DNA of 64,000 nt from an uncultured Actinomycetota bacterium (GTDB lineage: Bacteria; Actinomycetota; Actinomycetes; Propionibacteriales; Nocardioidaceae), in contig CAWIOB010000011.1 of the NCBI GenBank assembly GCA_963837595.1, positions 1,397 through 65,396 of the forward strand, in the 5' to 3' direction. The position numbers and the translations under genes are program-made. Below the pieces are notes generated by a model. The model had not been told where the DNA came from, searched no databases, and saw only the letters and a program-made list of their open reading frames with translations. Positions 1 to 9,976 of this stretch are shown here, one piece after another; position 1 is the first letter of the stretch; every line of letters begins with the position of its first letter.

Positions 1-1310
1 TTCGGTTTCGGCACCGACAACGACGTCGAGCACCTCGACGGCTACCCGATCATCAAGCACCGCACCTTCGCCCCGGTCGAGGCGGCGACCAAGCCGCATG
101 CCGGCGAGGAGGTCGCGCTGCCGTCGGCCAAGATCCTGGGCGGACCGCGCGGCCGGGCGCCGCCTTCCGCCCCGCGTCGGTCGTGAACATCTCCGGGATG
201 AGCTTCGGGGCGCTGTCGGCCAACGCGATCACGGCCCTGAACGAGGGCGCGCATGCGGCCGACTGCCTGCACAACACCGGGGAGGGTGCGCTGTCGCCCT
301 ACCACCGCCGAGGCGGTGGGCTCGTCTTCCAGATCGGTACGTCGTACTTCGGCTGCCGCGACGATGCCGGACACTTCGACCTGGGACGACTCAAGGAGCT
401 GGTCGCCGGTGCGCCGGTGAAGGCCATCGAGATCAAGCTGTCCCAGGGCGCCAAGCCGGGACTCGGGGGCATGCTGCCGGGCGAGAAGGTCAGCGCCGAG
501 ATCGCTGAGATCCGGGGCATCCCGGTGGGTGAGGACTGCGCGTCGCCGTCTCGGCACCAGGTCTTCCACGACGTCGACTCGATGCTCGACTTCGTGGAGC
601 TGGTCGCCTCCGAGACCGGACTGCCGGTCGGGATCAAGTCCGCGGTCGGTCATCTGGAGTTCTGGGACCAGCTCGTGGAGGCGATGCTGCCTCGGCAGCG
701 CGGCGTCGACTTCGTCAACATCGACGGCGGTGAAGGTGGCACCGGGGCCGCGCCGATGATCTTCTCCGACGCGGTGGCCTACCCCTTCCGGATCGGGTTC
801 GCCCAGGTCTACCGGCGCTTCGCGGCCGCCGGACTGGCGGACGACGTCACGTTCATCGGCGCCGGAAAGCTCGGGATCCCGGAGAACGCCGTGGTCGCGT
901 TCGCGCTCGGAGTCGACCTCGTCAACGTCGGGCGGGAGGCCATGCTGGCGTTGGGCTGCATCCAGGCCCAGAAGTGCCACACCGACCACTGCCCGGTGGG
1001 GGTGGCCACCCAGAACCCCCGCTACGTCCGGGGGCTCGACGTCACCCTCAAGAGCGTCCGGGTCGCCAACTACATCCGCTCGCTGCGCCGTGACCTCCTC
1101 AAGGTCTCGGAGGCGGTCGGCGTACCCCACCCGGGGCTGCTGAGCGTCACCGACGTCGACGTACTCGACGGGACTGCGCAGCGCGACCCCGATCGGCGAG
1201 CTCTATGGCTATGACGCTTCCTGGCCGAGGCTCTCGCCCGACCTGACTGCCCGGATCGCCGGGATCATGTCGGCCGCCGAGCCTCCCCGCGAGCAACCTC
1301 CCACCCGCTG
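1..1310 (+). CDS. FMN-binding glutamate synthase family protein (5'-truncated; two apparent frameshifts near 159 and 1178)
   Basis: Motifs NISGMSFGALS, NTGEG, EIKLSQGAKPG, DGGEGGTGAAP, GCIQAQKCHTDHCPVGVATQ in ORF 183..1214. Frame 1 upstream reads FGFGTDND...; an alternative frame after ~1178 continues ..ELYGYDASWP.. to TGA at 1308-1310. Confidence 0.88.
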
Positions 1311-1330
1311 AGCGTCAGCATCGCCTGACG

Positions 1331-1513
1331 TCAGGTCTGAGGGTGCGACTTGGCCTTGGCCACCAGCTCAAGAGCCGTCCGCAGTGCGGCGACGCGGTTG
1401 GTCATGAGCGTTTGCCGAGAAGGACTGAGTGTGCTGCGGTGAACCACGGCTTCGCACTTTCGAAGGAGCGAGCCGAGCTCGACCTCGGCACGTTCGAGTT
1501 CCGTCATGTCCAT
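1331..1513 (-). CDS. small hypothetical helical protein (60 aa)
   Basis: MDMTELERAEVELGSLLRKCEAV...; amphipathic helical pattern; no recognisable domain. Confidence 0.55.
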   Translation of the reverse strand: MDMTELERAEVELGSLLRKCEAVVHRSTLSPSRQTLMTNRVAALRTALELVAKAKSHPQT

Positions 1514-1805
1514 GCGTCCATTATCGACTGCGGCGGCGACCCGTAGCAGCGGTCCGACAGAACAGGGCATTGCCGCAGTGCACCTTCGGATCTCCCCACA
1601 GCGGGATCGTCTACGGGACGGATGGCCCGGGGGGCCGGGGCGTGACAGGCATACGCGGCGCTAGGCAGCGAGTCTCCTGCCTTCCCGTCGGCGTGCGCAT
1701 GTCAAACCTCCCACGGGAACGACGCACGCCAGCGCGCCTGCGCCCCCTGGTCGGTGTCCAACACCGGCGCGGCGCCAATCCTGCCTGCATCTACACAGTG
1801 AGACC

Positions 1806-3247
1806 TCAGTCGCGGGTGGCGTCGCGGACGACCTTGCCGTGGTCGGGGCGCGTCGCCGCGAGCTCCTCCAGGAAGCGCTGGGCCCACCGGGTCACGTCGT
1901 TCTCGAGCACGGTCTTGCGCATGGTGCGCATCCGCCGGCTGATCTCGCGCGGCTCCGCGTCGAACGCCTCCCGCAGTGCCGACTTCATCCCGTTGATGTC
2001 GTAGGGGTTCACCAGCCAGGCCTGACGCAGCTCGTCGGCCGCCCCGGCGAACTCGGAGAGCACCAGTGCGCCGTCCTCCTCGAGCCGGCAGGCGACGTAC
2101 TCCTTGGCCACGAGGTTCATCCCGTCGCGCAGCGGCGTGACCACCATGATGTCGGCGGCGCGGTAGAGCGCGGCCATCTCGTCGCTGGGGGTAGGACGAG
2201 TGCAGGTAGGAGATCACCGGCTTGCCGATCCGGCCCAGGTCGCCGTTGATCCGGCCGACCAGCCGGTCGATGTCGTCGCGCAGCATGCGGTACTGCTCGA
2301 CGCGCTCGCGAGAGGGCGTCGCCACCTGCACGAACACGGTGTCCTCGACGTCGAAGTAGCCGTCGCGCACCAGCTCGCTGTAAGCGCGCAGGCGGGCGTA
2401 GATGCCCTTCGTGTAGTCGAGGCGGTCGATGCCGAGGAAGATCGTGCGCGGGCTGCCGAGCTCGGTGCGGATCTCGGCGGCGCGCTCGGCCACCGAGTCC
2501 GACTCGGCCAGCTTCTGGAAGACGGCTGTGTCGATCGAGATCGGGAACGCCTTCGCCTGCACCGTGCGCCCGTCGGGGAGGTAGACCATGTCGCGGTGGG
2601 TCTTGTGCCCGACGCGCTGCCGCACCAGGCGCACGAAGTTCGCTGCGCCGCCGGCCAGCTGGAAGCCGACCAGGTCGGCCCCGAGCAGCCCCTCCAGGAT
2701 CTGGCGCCGCCACGGGAGCTGCTGGAACAGCTCGGCCGGCGGGAAACGGGATGTGGAGGAAGAACCCGATCCGGAGGTCGGGTCGCAGCTCGCGCAGCAT
2801 CTGCGGGACCAGTTGCATCTGGTAGTCCTGCACCCAGACCAGGGCGCCCTCGGACGCGATCTCGGCGGCCTTCTCGGCGAAGCGCTGGTTGACCTTGACG
2901 TAGTCGATCCACCAGTCGCGGTGGAACTCCGGCTTGGCCACCACGTCGTGGTAGAGCGGCCAGAGAGTGCCGTTGGAGAAGCCCTCGTAGAAGTACTCCA
3001 CCTCCTGGTCCGACAACGTCATCGGCACCAGGTGCAGGCCGTCCTGCTCGAACGGGTCCAGGTCGTCACCGGTGCTTCCGGGCCACCCGATCCAGGCACC
3101 CTCGTTGGCGCGCAGCACGGGCTCGAGGGCGGTCACGAGACCTCCCGGAGAACGCCGCCAGCCGATCGATCCGTCCGGGTCGGTGACCCGGTCGACGGGA
3201 AGTCGATTGGCGACGACGACGAGGTCGGCCGAGCCCTTGTTCGTCAC
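1806..3247 (-). CDS. otsA: trehalose-6-phosphate synthase (GT20), split by two +1 frameshifts (~2745, ~2189)
   Basis: [57 protein letters not shown] spread over ORFs 2117..3256, 1702..2634 and 1806..2177; otsB nearby. Confidence 0.92.
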
Positions 3248-3345
3248 ACGCCCCACCCTAGTCGGCGACTCGCCGTCATCCGAATGACATCGATGTGGTT
3301 TGTCGCCTACAGTGGGAGCACACGTGCACTGACGGGAGACTTGGG

Positions 3346-3645
3346 ATGGACGCCGCGAACGCCTTCGAAGGCAGTGAGGCCGCTTCCGGCGCGCCGCTGC
3401 TGTCTGATCGCGACCGCGAGATCCTGGAGTTCGAGCGCCAGTGGTGGAAGTACGCCGGCGCGAAGGAGCAGGCGGTGCGCGAGAAGTTCGACATGTCCTC
3501 CACGCGCTACTACCAGGTCCTCAACTCGCTGATCGACAAGCCCGAGGCCCTGGAGGCCGACCCGCTTCTCGTACGCCGACTGCGCCGCTTGCGCGCCGCG
3601 CGCCAGCGCCAGCGCTCGGCCCGTCGGCTCGGCTTCGAGGTCTGA
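3346..3645 (+). CDS. DUF3263 domain protein
   Basis: [43 protein letters not shown] signature; usual otsA/otsB neighbour in Actinobacteria. Confidence 0.9.
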   Translation: MDAANAFEGSEAASGAPLLSDRDREILEFERQWWKYAGAKEQAVREKFDMSSTRYYQVLNSLIDKPEALEADPLLVRRLRRLRAARQRQRSARRLGFEV

Positions 3646-3648
3646 GCC

Positions 3649-4134
3649 GTGCGTCCTCGCGACGAGCGTGGGGTGGCGTTCCCCTCTCCACTGGTGATCC
3701 TCAGCATCGTCGCCGTCGCCATGGCCGGGTTGGCGTTCGTCGCCACCCAGGGGTCTGACAAGCCCACCCAGCAGGCTCAGACCGTGGTCGAGCCGTCGGC
3801 GTCGCCGACCCGGACCCCGGCACCGAAGCCCCCGAAGATCGTCAAGAAGCCGACGATCAAGCGCGGTGAGATCTTCGTCGAGGTCTACAACAACTCCGGC
3901 ATCTCCGGGCTGGCCGGCACCACCGCGGCGCGCGCCCGTGGCGCCGGGTGGAACGTCGTGGGGTCCGACAACTGGTACGGCACCATCCCGGCCTCCACGG
4001 TCTACTACCCGCGCAGACTGGAGACCGCAGCCAAGGCCCTGGCCAAGGATCTGGGCATCTCGCGCCTGCTGCCGGCCGTCGACCCGATGCGGTTCGACCG
4101 TCTCACCGTGATCCTGACCTCCGACTACTCCTGA
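3649..4134 (+). CDS. LytR C-terminal domain membrane protein
   Basis: N-terminal TM helix, Pro-rich linker, VEVYNNSGISGLAG..GW.V..NW..STVYY motif. Confidence 0.85.
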   Translation: MRPRDERGVAFPSPLVILSIVAVAMAGLAFVATQGSDKPTQQAQTVVEPSASPTRTPAPKPPKIVKKPTIKRGEIFVEVYNNSGISGLAGTTAARARGAGWNVVGSDNWYGTIPASTVYYPRRLETAAKALAKDLGISRLLPAVDPMRFDRLTVILTSDYS

Positions 4135-4155
4135 GGTTCATGGTTGGCTGGACTC

Positions 4156-5001
4156 ATGGAGTTCACCTCCCCTGAGGCCGAGCAGCGCTATGCCGCGCTG
4201 GTGCGGTCCTCCGCCGAGACGATCGTCGGCCTCGACTTCGACGGCACCCTGTCGCCGATCGTGGCGGATCCCGCTGAGGCTCACATCCACCCCGCAGCCG
4301 CCGAGGTCCTCGTGGCTCTCTCCGCCCAGGTGCGTGCGGTGGCCGTGATCACCGGGCGGCCCGCCCGCCAGGCGCTGGCACTCGGAGGGCTCGATGAGGT
4401 GGGCGACGCCATCGGTGAGCAGGGGCGCGAGCTCTTCGTCTACGGCCAGTACGGCAACGAGCGCTGGTCATCCACCGACCGCCGGGTGATCTCGCCGCGG
4501 CCGCCCCACGGTGTGGCCTCCTTCCTGCGCGAGGTCCGTTCGGTCATTCGCCGTGCCGGGGTCGGCGAGGCGCACATCGAGGAGAAGGGCCTGGCAGTGG
4601 CGGTGCACACCCGCCGACTCGAGGATCCCGACGCGGCGTACGACCGGCTGCTGCCGTTGGTCGCCGACCTGGCGCACCACTACGACCTCGTGGTCGAGCC
4701 CGGGCGCAACGTGATCGAGGTGCGTGCGCCGGGGATGGACAAGGGCGAGGCCGTGCACAAGCTCTCGTCCGACCTGTCCGCGGGCGGCTTCATGTTCGCC
4801 GGCGACGACCTGGGTGACCTCGAGGCGTTCAAGGCGGTGCTCCACCTGCGGGACACCGGGCTCGCCACCCTGCTCGTCTGCTCGGCCTCGGCCGAGCAGA
4901 GCGCGCTGATGGACCTGGCCGACGTCGTGGTCGACGGGCCCGAGGGTGTGCTCGACCTGCTCTCCCAGTACACCGACGACGCTGCCTCGATCCGAGCCTG
5001 A
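4156..5001 (+). CDS. otsB: trehalose-6-phosphate phosphatase (HAD)
   Basis: LDFDGTLSPIV, ITGRP, EEKGLAVAVHTR, MDKG, GDDLGDLEAF. Confidence 0.92.
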   Translation: MEFTSPEAEQRYAALVRSSAETIVGLDFDGTLSPIVADPAEAHIHPAAAEVLVALSAQVRAVAVITGRPARQALALGGLDEVGDAIGEQGRELFVYGQYGNERWSSTDRRVISPRPPHGVASFLREVRSVIRRAGVGEAHIEEKGLAVAVHTRRLEDPDAAYDRLLPLVADLAHHYDLVVEPGRNVIEVRAPGMDKGEAVHKLSSDLSAGGFMFAGDDLGDLEAFKAVLHLRDTGLATLLVCSASAEQSALMDLADVVVDGPEGVLDLLSQYTDDAASIRA

Positions 5002-5074
5002 GCAACCCGACCCCGCGTCCAGATGCCGGGACTGGTGTACACATTGTGAGACGTGTTGCGTAGGCTGGCGACAG

Positions 5075-5205
5075 CTCATCGAGAGGGACTGAGGGAACGG
5101 CCCGTTGAAGTCCCGGCAACCGCCGCGAACCCCCCGTCGAAGCTGACGGTCGCGGAAACGGTGCTAATTCCGGCCTGGGACGAGATACGTCGCGGGGAAG
5201 ATGAG
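5075..5205 (+). ncRNA. SAM-I (S-box) riboswitch
   Basis: P1 CTCATC(5075-5080)/GATGAG(5200-5205); conserved GAGAGGG..GAGGGAACGGCCCGTTGAAG..CCGGCAACC and GGTGCTAATTCC blocks; P1 abuts RBS AAGGAGGA; -10 TAGGCT at 5061. Confidence 0.92.
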
Positions 5206-5217
5206 AAGGAGGACTGC

Positions 5218-6495
5218 ATGAGCGCCATAGATTCCCTCACGGCCCCGGCCCCGGCCACGCTGCGTGAGGGCGCCTTCGGCTACGCCACGGGACTGGCCTG
5301 CCGGGAGTGCGGCCACGAGATCGCGCTCGGCCCGCACTACGCCTGTCCCGAGTGTTTCGGCCCCCTCGAGATCGCCTACGACTTCCCCGCCATCACCCGC
5401 GAGCAGATCGAGGCCGGGCCGGCCAACATCTGGCGCTACAAGGCCCTGCTTCCGGTGCCGGACGACATCGAGCAGAGCCCCAACATGGAGCCCGGCTTCA
5501 CACGGCTGCTGAAGGCAACCAACCTCGGCGCGGCCCTCGGCATCGACAACCTCTGGGTGAAGGACGACTCCACCAACCCGACCAACTCCTTCAAGGACCG
5601 GGTCGTGGCCTGTGCGCTCAGCGCGGCCACCGAGTTCCACAGCAAGGTCTTCGCCTGCCCCTCGACCGGCAACCTGGCCAACGCGGTCGCCGCGGCCGGG
5701 GCCCGCGCCGGCATCAAGACGGTCGTGTTCATCCCGGCCGACCTCGAGCAGCCCAAGCAGGTCAACTCCGCCATCTACACCGACTCCCTGGTGGCGGTGA
5801 ACGGCAACTACGACGACGTGAACCGTCTCGCCTCGGAGATCGCGGGCGAAGAGGAGGGCTGGGCCTTCGTCAACGTCAACGTCCGCCCGTTCTACGCCGA
5901 GGGCTCCAAGACGCTGGGCTACGAGATCGCCGAGCAGCTCGGGTGGAGACTGCCCGACCAGATCGTCATCCCGGTCGCCTCCGGCTCCCAGCTGACCAAG
6001 GTGCACAAGGCGTTCCAGGAGCTGATCAAGCTCGGCCTGGTGGCGGACAAGCCCTACCGGGTCTTCGGAGCCCAGGCGACCGGATGCTCACCGGTGTCGG
6101 TGGCCTACAAGGCCGGGGTCGACGCGATCCGGCCGGTGAAGCCCGACACGATCGCCAAGAGCCTGGCCATCGGCAACCCCGCCGACGGCATCTACGTCCT
6201 CGACATCTGTCGCGAGACCGGTGGCGCCGTCGAGGACATCACCGACGACGAGGTCCGCGACGGCATCGTCCTGCTGGCTCGCACCGAAGGCATCTTCACC
6301 GAGACGGCGGGCGGAACCACGGTCGGCGTACTCAAGAAGCTGGTGGAGACCGGACAGCTCGACACCACCCTCGACACCGTCGTGATCAACACCGGCCACG
6401 GACTCAAGACCCTGGACGCCATCTCCGGCCAGGTCGGGGCTGCGGCCGTCATCGAGCCGTCGTACGCTGCGTTCGCCGCGACCGGAATCGCCTGA
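5218..6495 (+). CDS. threonine synthase-like PLP enzyme with N-terminal Zn ribbon (possible O-phosphohomoserine sulfhydrylase)
   Basis: CRECG..CPECFGP, NPTNSFKDR (PLP Lys), STGNLA, EGSKTLGYEIAEQLGW, TGHGLK; RBS at 5206-5213. Confidence 0.9.
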   Translation: MSAIDSLTAPAPATLREGAFGYATGLACRECGHEIALGPHYACPECFGPLEIAYDFPAITREQIEAGPANIWRYKALLPVPDDIEQSPNMEPGFTRLLKATNLGAALGIDNLWVKDDSTNPTNSFKDRVVACALSAATEFHSKVFACPSTGNLANAVAAAGARAGIKTVVFIPADLEQPKQVNSAIYTDSLVAVNGNYDDVNRLASEIAGEEEGWAFVNVNVRPFYAEGSKTLGYEIAEQLGWRLPDQIVIPVASGSQLTKVHKAFQELIKLGLVADKPYRVFGAQATGCSPVSVAYKAGVDAIRPVKPDTIAKSLAIGNPADGIYVLDICRETGGAVEDITDDEVRDGIVLLARTEGIFTETAGGTTVGVLKKLVETGQLDTTLDTVVINTGHGLKTLDAISGQVGAAAVIEPSYAAFAATGIA

Positions 6496-6519
6496 ACCAC
6501 ACCCAGATCGAGGAGAAGC

Positions 6520-6795
6520 ATGAGCGTCAGCGTCCGCATCCCGACCATCCTGCGCACCTACACCGGGGGTGAGTCCGAGGTGAGCGCGAGCGGCTCCACC
6601 CTCGCTGAGGTGCTCGAAGATCTCGACGCGTCATACTCCGGGATCAAGGGCCGGATCCTCGACGAGTCCGGCGAGCTGCGCCGGTTCGTGAACGTCTACG
6701 TCGGCAACGACGACGTGCGGTTCCTGGACAGTCTGGCGACCCCGACCCCCGACGGCATCCAGATCTCCGTCATCCCCGCAGTAGCCGGAGGCTGA
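6520..6795 (+). CDS. MoaD/ThiS/CysO family sulfur carrier protein
   Basis: 91 aa, RRFVNVYVGNDDVRFL, C-terminal PAVAGG. Confidence 0.92.
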   Translation: MSVSVRIPTILRTYTGGESEVSASGSTLAEVLEDLDASYSGIKGRILDESGELRRFVNVYVGNDDVRFLDSLATPTPDGIQISVIPAVAGG

Positions 6796-6809
6796 TCACC
6801 AGTCCAACG

Positions 6810-8039
6810 TCATTGCTCTTGCTCGCTCCGATGACCAGGAGTGATGACGTCAGCGAGGTGGACGAGCAGCAGACGCTCCGGCTCGTTGTCGCACAGCGCG
6901 ATGGCCTGGTCGTACGCCGCCCTCGCCTCGTCCGGGCGGCCGGCCCGCGCGAGAAGCTCCGCGCGCACGCCCGGCAGCCGGTGGCCCGGGAGCTCGACTC
7001 CGTGCAGTGCGGACAGGCCGGCGAGCGGGCCGTCGGCCTCGGCCACGGCCACCGCCCGATTGAGGCGTACGACGGGGGAGTCGGCGCAGGCCACCAGCTC
7101 GTCGTAGCGGCTGACGATGCGCGGCCAGTCGGTGTCCTCGGCACGAGGTGCGATGGCGTGCTCGGCCGCGATCAGCGCCTGGAGCAGATAGGGCTCGGCC
7201 GGGTGGTGGACGAGCGGCCGGAGCAGGTCGAGCGCCTCGTCGATCTCGTAGCGGTGCCAGGCGCCGCGGTCCTGGTCCGGAAGCAGCACCGGCAGCCCGT
7301 CGACGACGCGGGCATCGCGGCGGGAGTGCTGCAGGAGCACGAGGGCGAGCAGGGCGGTGAGGACCGCGTTGTCGGGCAGGAGGTGGTGCAGGAGGCGGGT
7401 CAGCCGGACGCCCTCCGCGGCGAGGTCGGGGCTGCGGCCCGGAAGGTAGCCGTGGGTGAAGGCGAGATAGGAGATGGTGGCGAGGGTGTCGACGCGGGCG
7501 TCGAGGTCGTCGGCGGCAGGGACCTCGAAGGACTGACCGGCCAGGCGCTGGCGGGCCCGGGTCAGCCGAGCCGCCATCGTGGCGCGGGGCACCAGGAACA
7601 GGGAGGCGATCTCCTGGGTCGGCACTCCGAGCACCAGACGCAGCGTCAGGGCGGCCGCGGACTCCAGGGGCAGGGAGGGATGAGCGCACAGGAGGACGAG
7701 TCTCAGGCGTTCGTCGGTGATGGTGTTGCCGGGGTCCGCCATGGATCGCTGCGCCTCCTCTCGGGTGCGGGCGTCGACGACCAGCAGGGGCTCCTTGCGA
7801 GCCACCACGGCTTCGGATCTCAGACGATCGAGGACCCGGCGCCGCGCGACCGTCAGCAGCCAGGCGCTCGGGTTGTGGGGCGTGCCGTCCGCTCGCCAGG
7901 TCCGCGCCGCCGCCTCGAAGGCGTCGGCCAGGCCGTCCTCGGCGACGTCCAGCCGGCGGAACCGCGCGACGAGCAGGGCCAACAGTCGGCCCCACTCGTC
8001 GCGATGGATCTCCTCGAGTGTGGTCACACGTCGGGTCAC
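6810..8039 (-). CDS. ECF sigma factor with C-terminal TPR-like extension (ECF42 type)
   Basis: Region 2 AEDGLADAFEAA..WLLTVARRR, DERLRLVLLCAHP, YLLQALIAAEH, DWPRIV, SPVVRLNRAVA; GTG overlaps the stop of the YciI gene. Confidence 0.88.
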   Translation of the reverse strand: MTRRVTTLEEIHRDEWGRLLALLVARFRRLDVAEDGLADAFEAAARTWRADGTPHNPSAWLLTVARRRVLDRLRSEAVVARKEPLLVVDARTREEAQRSMADPGNTITDERLRLVLLCAHPSLPLESAAALTLRLVLGVPTQEIASLFLVPRATMAARLTRARQRLAGQSFEVPAADDLDARVDTLATISYLAFTHGYLPGRSPDLAAEGVRLTRLLHHLLPDNAVLTALLALVLLQHSRRDARVVDGLPVLLPDQDRGAWHRYEIDEALDLLRPLVHHPAEPYLLQALIAAEHAIAPRAEDTDWPRIVSRYDELVACADSPVVRLNRAVAVAEADGPLAGLSALHGVELPGHRLPGVRAELLARAGRPDEARAAYDQAIALCDNEPERLLLVHLADVITPGHRSEQEQ

Positions 8040-8398
8040 ATGTCGGAGGAGTGGTCCACGCACTCGCGGACCTCGACGGCGCCCTCACCCTCGGTCAGCT
8101 TGCCGACGCAGTTGAGCAGGTCGTCGAGGTCGTCGGACTCGACGAGGTAGAAGCCGGTGAGCTGTTCGACCGACTCCGCATAGGGGCCGGCCGTGACGGT
8201 GACGGAGTCCAGCGCACCGGACACCACCCGGGCTGTCTTGGAGTGGGTGAGCTCGGCGCCGGCGGTGACCCGGTGGCCGCGCTCCGCGAGCACCGCCGCG
8301 AAAGCATTGTGCTTGGCGTACATCTCGGCCTTCTGCTCGACCGATGCTGCGGCCCAGGCGTCCTCGTTGTCCGGAATCAGTACGACGTACTCGGTCAT
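8036..8398 (-). CDS. YciI/DGPF family protein
   Basis: TAGPYAESVEQLTGFYLVE, VEVRE; classical ECF42 partner. Confidence 0.9.
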   Translation of the reverse strand: MTEYVVLIPDNEDAWAAASVEQKAEMYAKHNAFAAVLAERGHRVTAGAELTHSKTARVVSGALDSVTVTAGPYAESVEQLTGFYLVESDDLDDLLNCVGKLTEGEGAVEVRECVDHSSDM

Positions 8399-8439
8399 GG
8401 TGCGATCCTTCCCTCGTGAGTGGAGTCTGACACCGAGAT

Positions 8440-8466
8440 GACGGGCACGGTATGCGGAAATCGACA
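8440..8466 (-). promoter_or_regulatory. ECF42-type promoter TGTCGA-N17-CGTC
   Basis: Minus strand reads TGTCGA tttccgcataccgtgcc CGTC upstream of yciI; fits the ECF42 autoregulatory consensus. Confidence 0.7.
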
Positions 8467-8485
8467 GGGCCGGAGGATCCCCAAA

Positions 8486-8556
8486 GTGGGAGCGTTCCCA
8501 CGAATCCCTTGACACGCGAGGTGATCGCGGTCACAGTTGCGTGGGAACGCTCCCAC
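8486..8556 (+). promoter_or_regulatory. two CebR/CelR operators flanking the cebE promoter
   Basis: TGGGAGCGTTCCCA (8487-8500) and TGGGAACGCTCCCA (8542-8555), each one mismatch from TGGGAGCGCTCCCA; TTGACA(8509)-N17-CACAGT(8532) lies between them. Confidence 0.88.
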
Positions 8557-8583
8557 TTATCCGCCGAGAACGGGTGACAGACG

Positions 8584-9882
8584 ATGAAAATGCACATGAA
8601 CCGCACCAGGCTGGCAGCCCTTGTGGCGCTCACCCTGGCGACCTCAGCAACCCTGGCAGCCTGTGGCGGGGGTGGTGACGACAAGGCCGGCGAGGACGTG
8701 ACCCTGCGGGTGTCCGTCTTCGGCAACTTCGGCTACGAGGACCTCTACAAGCAGTTCGAGAAGGACAACCCCGGTGTCACGATCGTCGAGGCCGCCGAGG
8801 GTGACCTCGGGCAGTACAACACCCAGCTGACCCAGAAGATCGCGGCCGGCAGCGGGGCCGGGGACGTCGTGGCGATCGAGGAGGGTCAGATCGTCAACTT
8901 CCTCCAGAAGCCCGACAACTTCGTGAACATGCAGGACCACGGGTCGAACGACAAGAAGGACCAGTGGCTCGACTGGAAGTACGCCCAGGCCACCACCGCC
9001 GACGGCAAGGACACCATCGGCCTCGGGACCGACGTCGGTGGCCTCGCCATGTGCTACCGCAAGGACCTCTTCGAGAAGGCGGGGCTGCCCACCGACCGGG
9101 ACGCGGTCAGTGCGCTGTGGCCGACCTGGGACGACTACATCGCCACCGGTCAGCAGTTCCAGGACGGCATCGGCGACGACAAGGTGCACTTCGTCGACTC
9201 CGCGACCAACACCTACAACTCGATCCTGATGCAGTCCTCCGACCACACCTACTTCGACACCGACGGCAGCCTGGTCATCGACTCGAACCCGGCCGTCAAG
9301 GACGCCTGGGACACCTCGGTGCAGATGGTCGACGACGGCATCACCGCCCGCCTCAAGTCCTTCTCCAACGAGTGGAACGCCGGTTTCAAGAACGGCAGCT
9401 TCGCGACCATCGCCTGCCCAGCCTGGATGACCGGCTACATCAAGGAGCAGGCCGGCGAGGCCAACACCGGGAAGTGGGACATCGCCTCGGTCCCCGGCGG
9501 CGGCGGCAACTGGGGCGGCTCGTTCCTCGCCGTGCCCACCTCGAGCGACCACCAGGACCTCGCCATCAAGCTGGCGTTCTTCCTGTCCAGTGCCGACGGG
9601 CAGATGTCCGCCTTCAACAAGGTGGGCAACCTCCCCTCGAACCCCACGCTCTACGACACCCCGGAGCTCAAGGGTGCGGTCAACGAGTTCTTCAGCAACG
9701 CACCGGTCGGCCAGATCTTCGTGGCCGGAGCCAAGAACCTGACGCCGGTCTACCTCGGGGCGAAGAACCAGCCCGTCCGGGACGCGGTCGAGAACGCGCT
9801 GCGCAGCGTCGAGAACGGGCAGAAGTCCTCAGCCGACGCGTGGGACACCGCGGTGTCGGACGCCCAGGCAGCCGCGGGCTGA
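8584..9882 (+). CDS. cebE: cellobiose/cello-oligosaccharide ABC substrate-binding lipoprotein
   Basis: Lipobox LAAC, GLGTDVGGLAMCYRKDLF, GNWGGSFL; CebR boxes and GH1 gene in the operon. Confidence 0.85.
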   Translation: MKMHMNRTRLAALVALTLATSATLAACGGGGDDKAGEDVTLRVSVFGNFGYEDLYKQFEKDNPGVTIVEAAEGDLGQYNTQLTQKIAAGSGAGDVVAIEEGQIVNFLQKPDNFVNMQDHGSNDKKDQWLDWKYAQATTADGKDTIGLGTDVGGLAMCYRKDLFEKAGLPTDRDAVSALWPTWDDYIATGQQFQDGIGDDKVHFVDSATNTYNSILMQSSDHTYFDTDGSLVIDSNPAVKDAWDTSVQMVDDGITARLKSFSNEWNAGFKNGSFATIACPAWMTGYIKEQAGEANTGKWDIASVPGGGGNWGGSFLAVPTSSDHQDLAIKLAFFLSSADGQMSAFNKVGNLPSNPTLYDTPELKGAVNEFFSNAPVGQIFVAGAKNLTPVYLGAKNQPVRDAVENALRSVENGQKSSADAWDTAVSDAQAAAG

Positions 9883-9893
9883 CCCCAGATGCG

Positions 9894-9938
9894 CCGATGG
9901 GTCCGGGGGACACCTCCTTGCACTCCCGGACCCATCGG
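9894..9938 (+). terminator. stem-loop after the substrate-binding gene (mRNA stabiliser or attenuator)
   Basis: CCGATGGGTCCGGG / CCCGGACCCATCGG 14-bp stem. Confidence 0.6.
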
Positions 9939-9976
9939 TATGCCGCCGCCCACCACTGCGAACTGCCAGGAGTGAC

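Noticed and set aside
1514-1805. Gene or structured RNA in the 290-bp gap after otsA
   Set aside because: No convincing ORF, RBS or recognisable motif.
1806-3247. Programmed frameshifting or true pseudogene in otsA
   Set aside because: The breaks are homopolymer +1 indels clustered with others in a neighbouring gene, which fits assembly error better.
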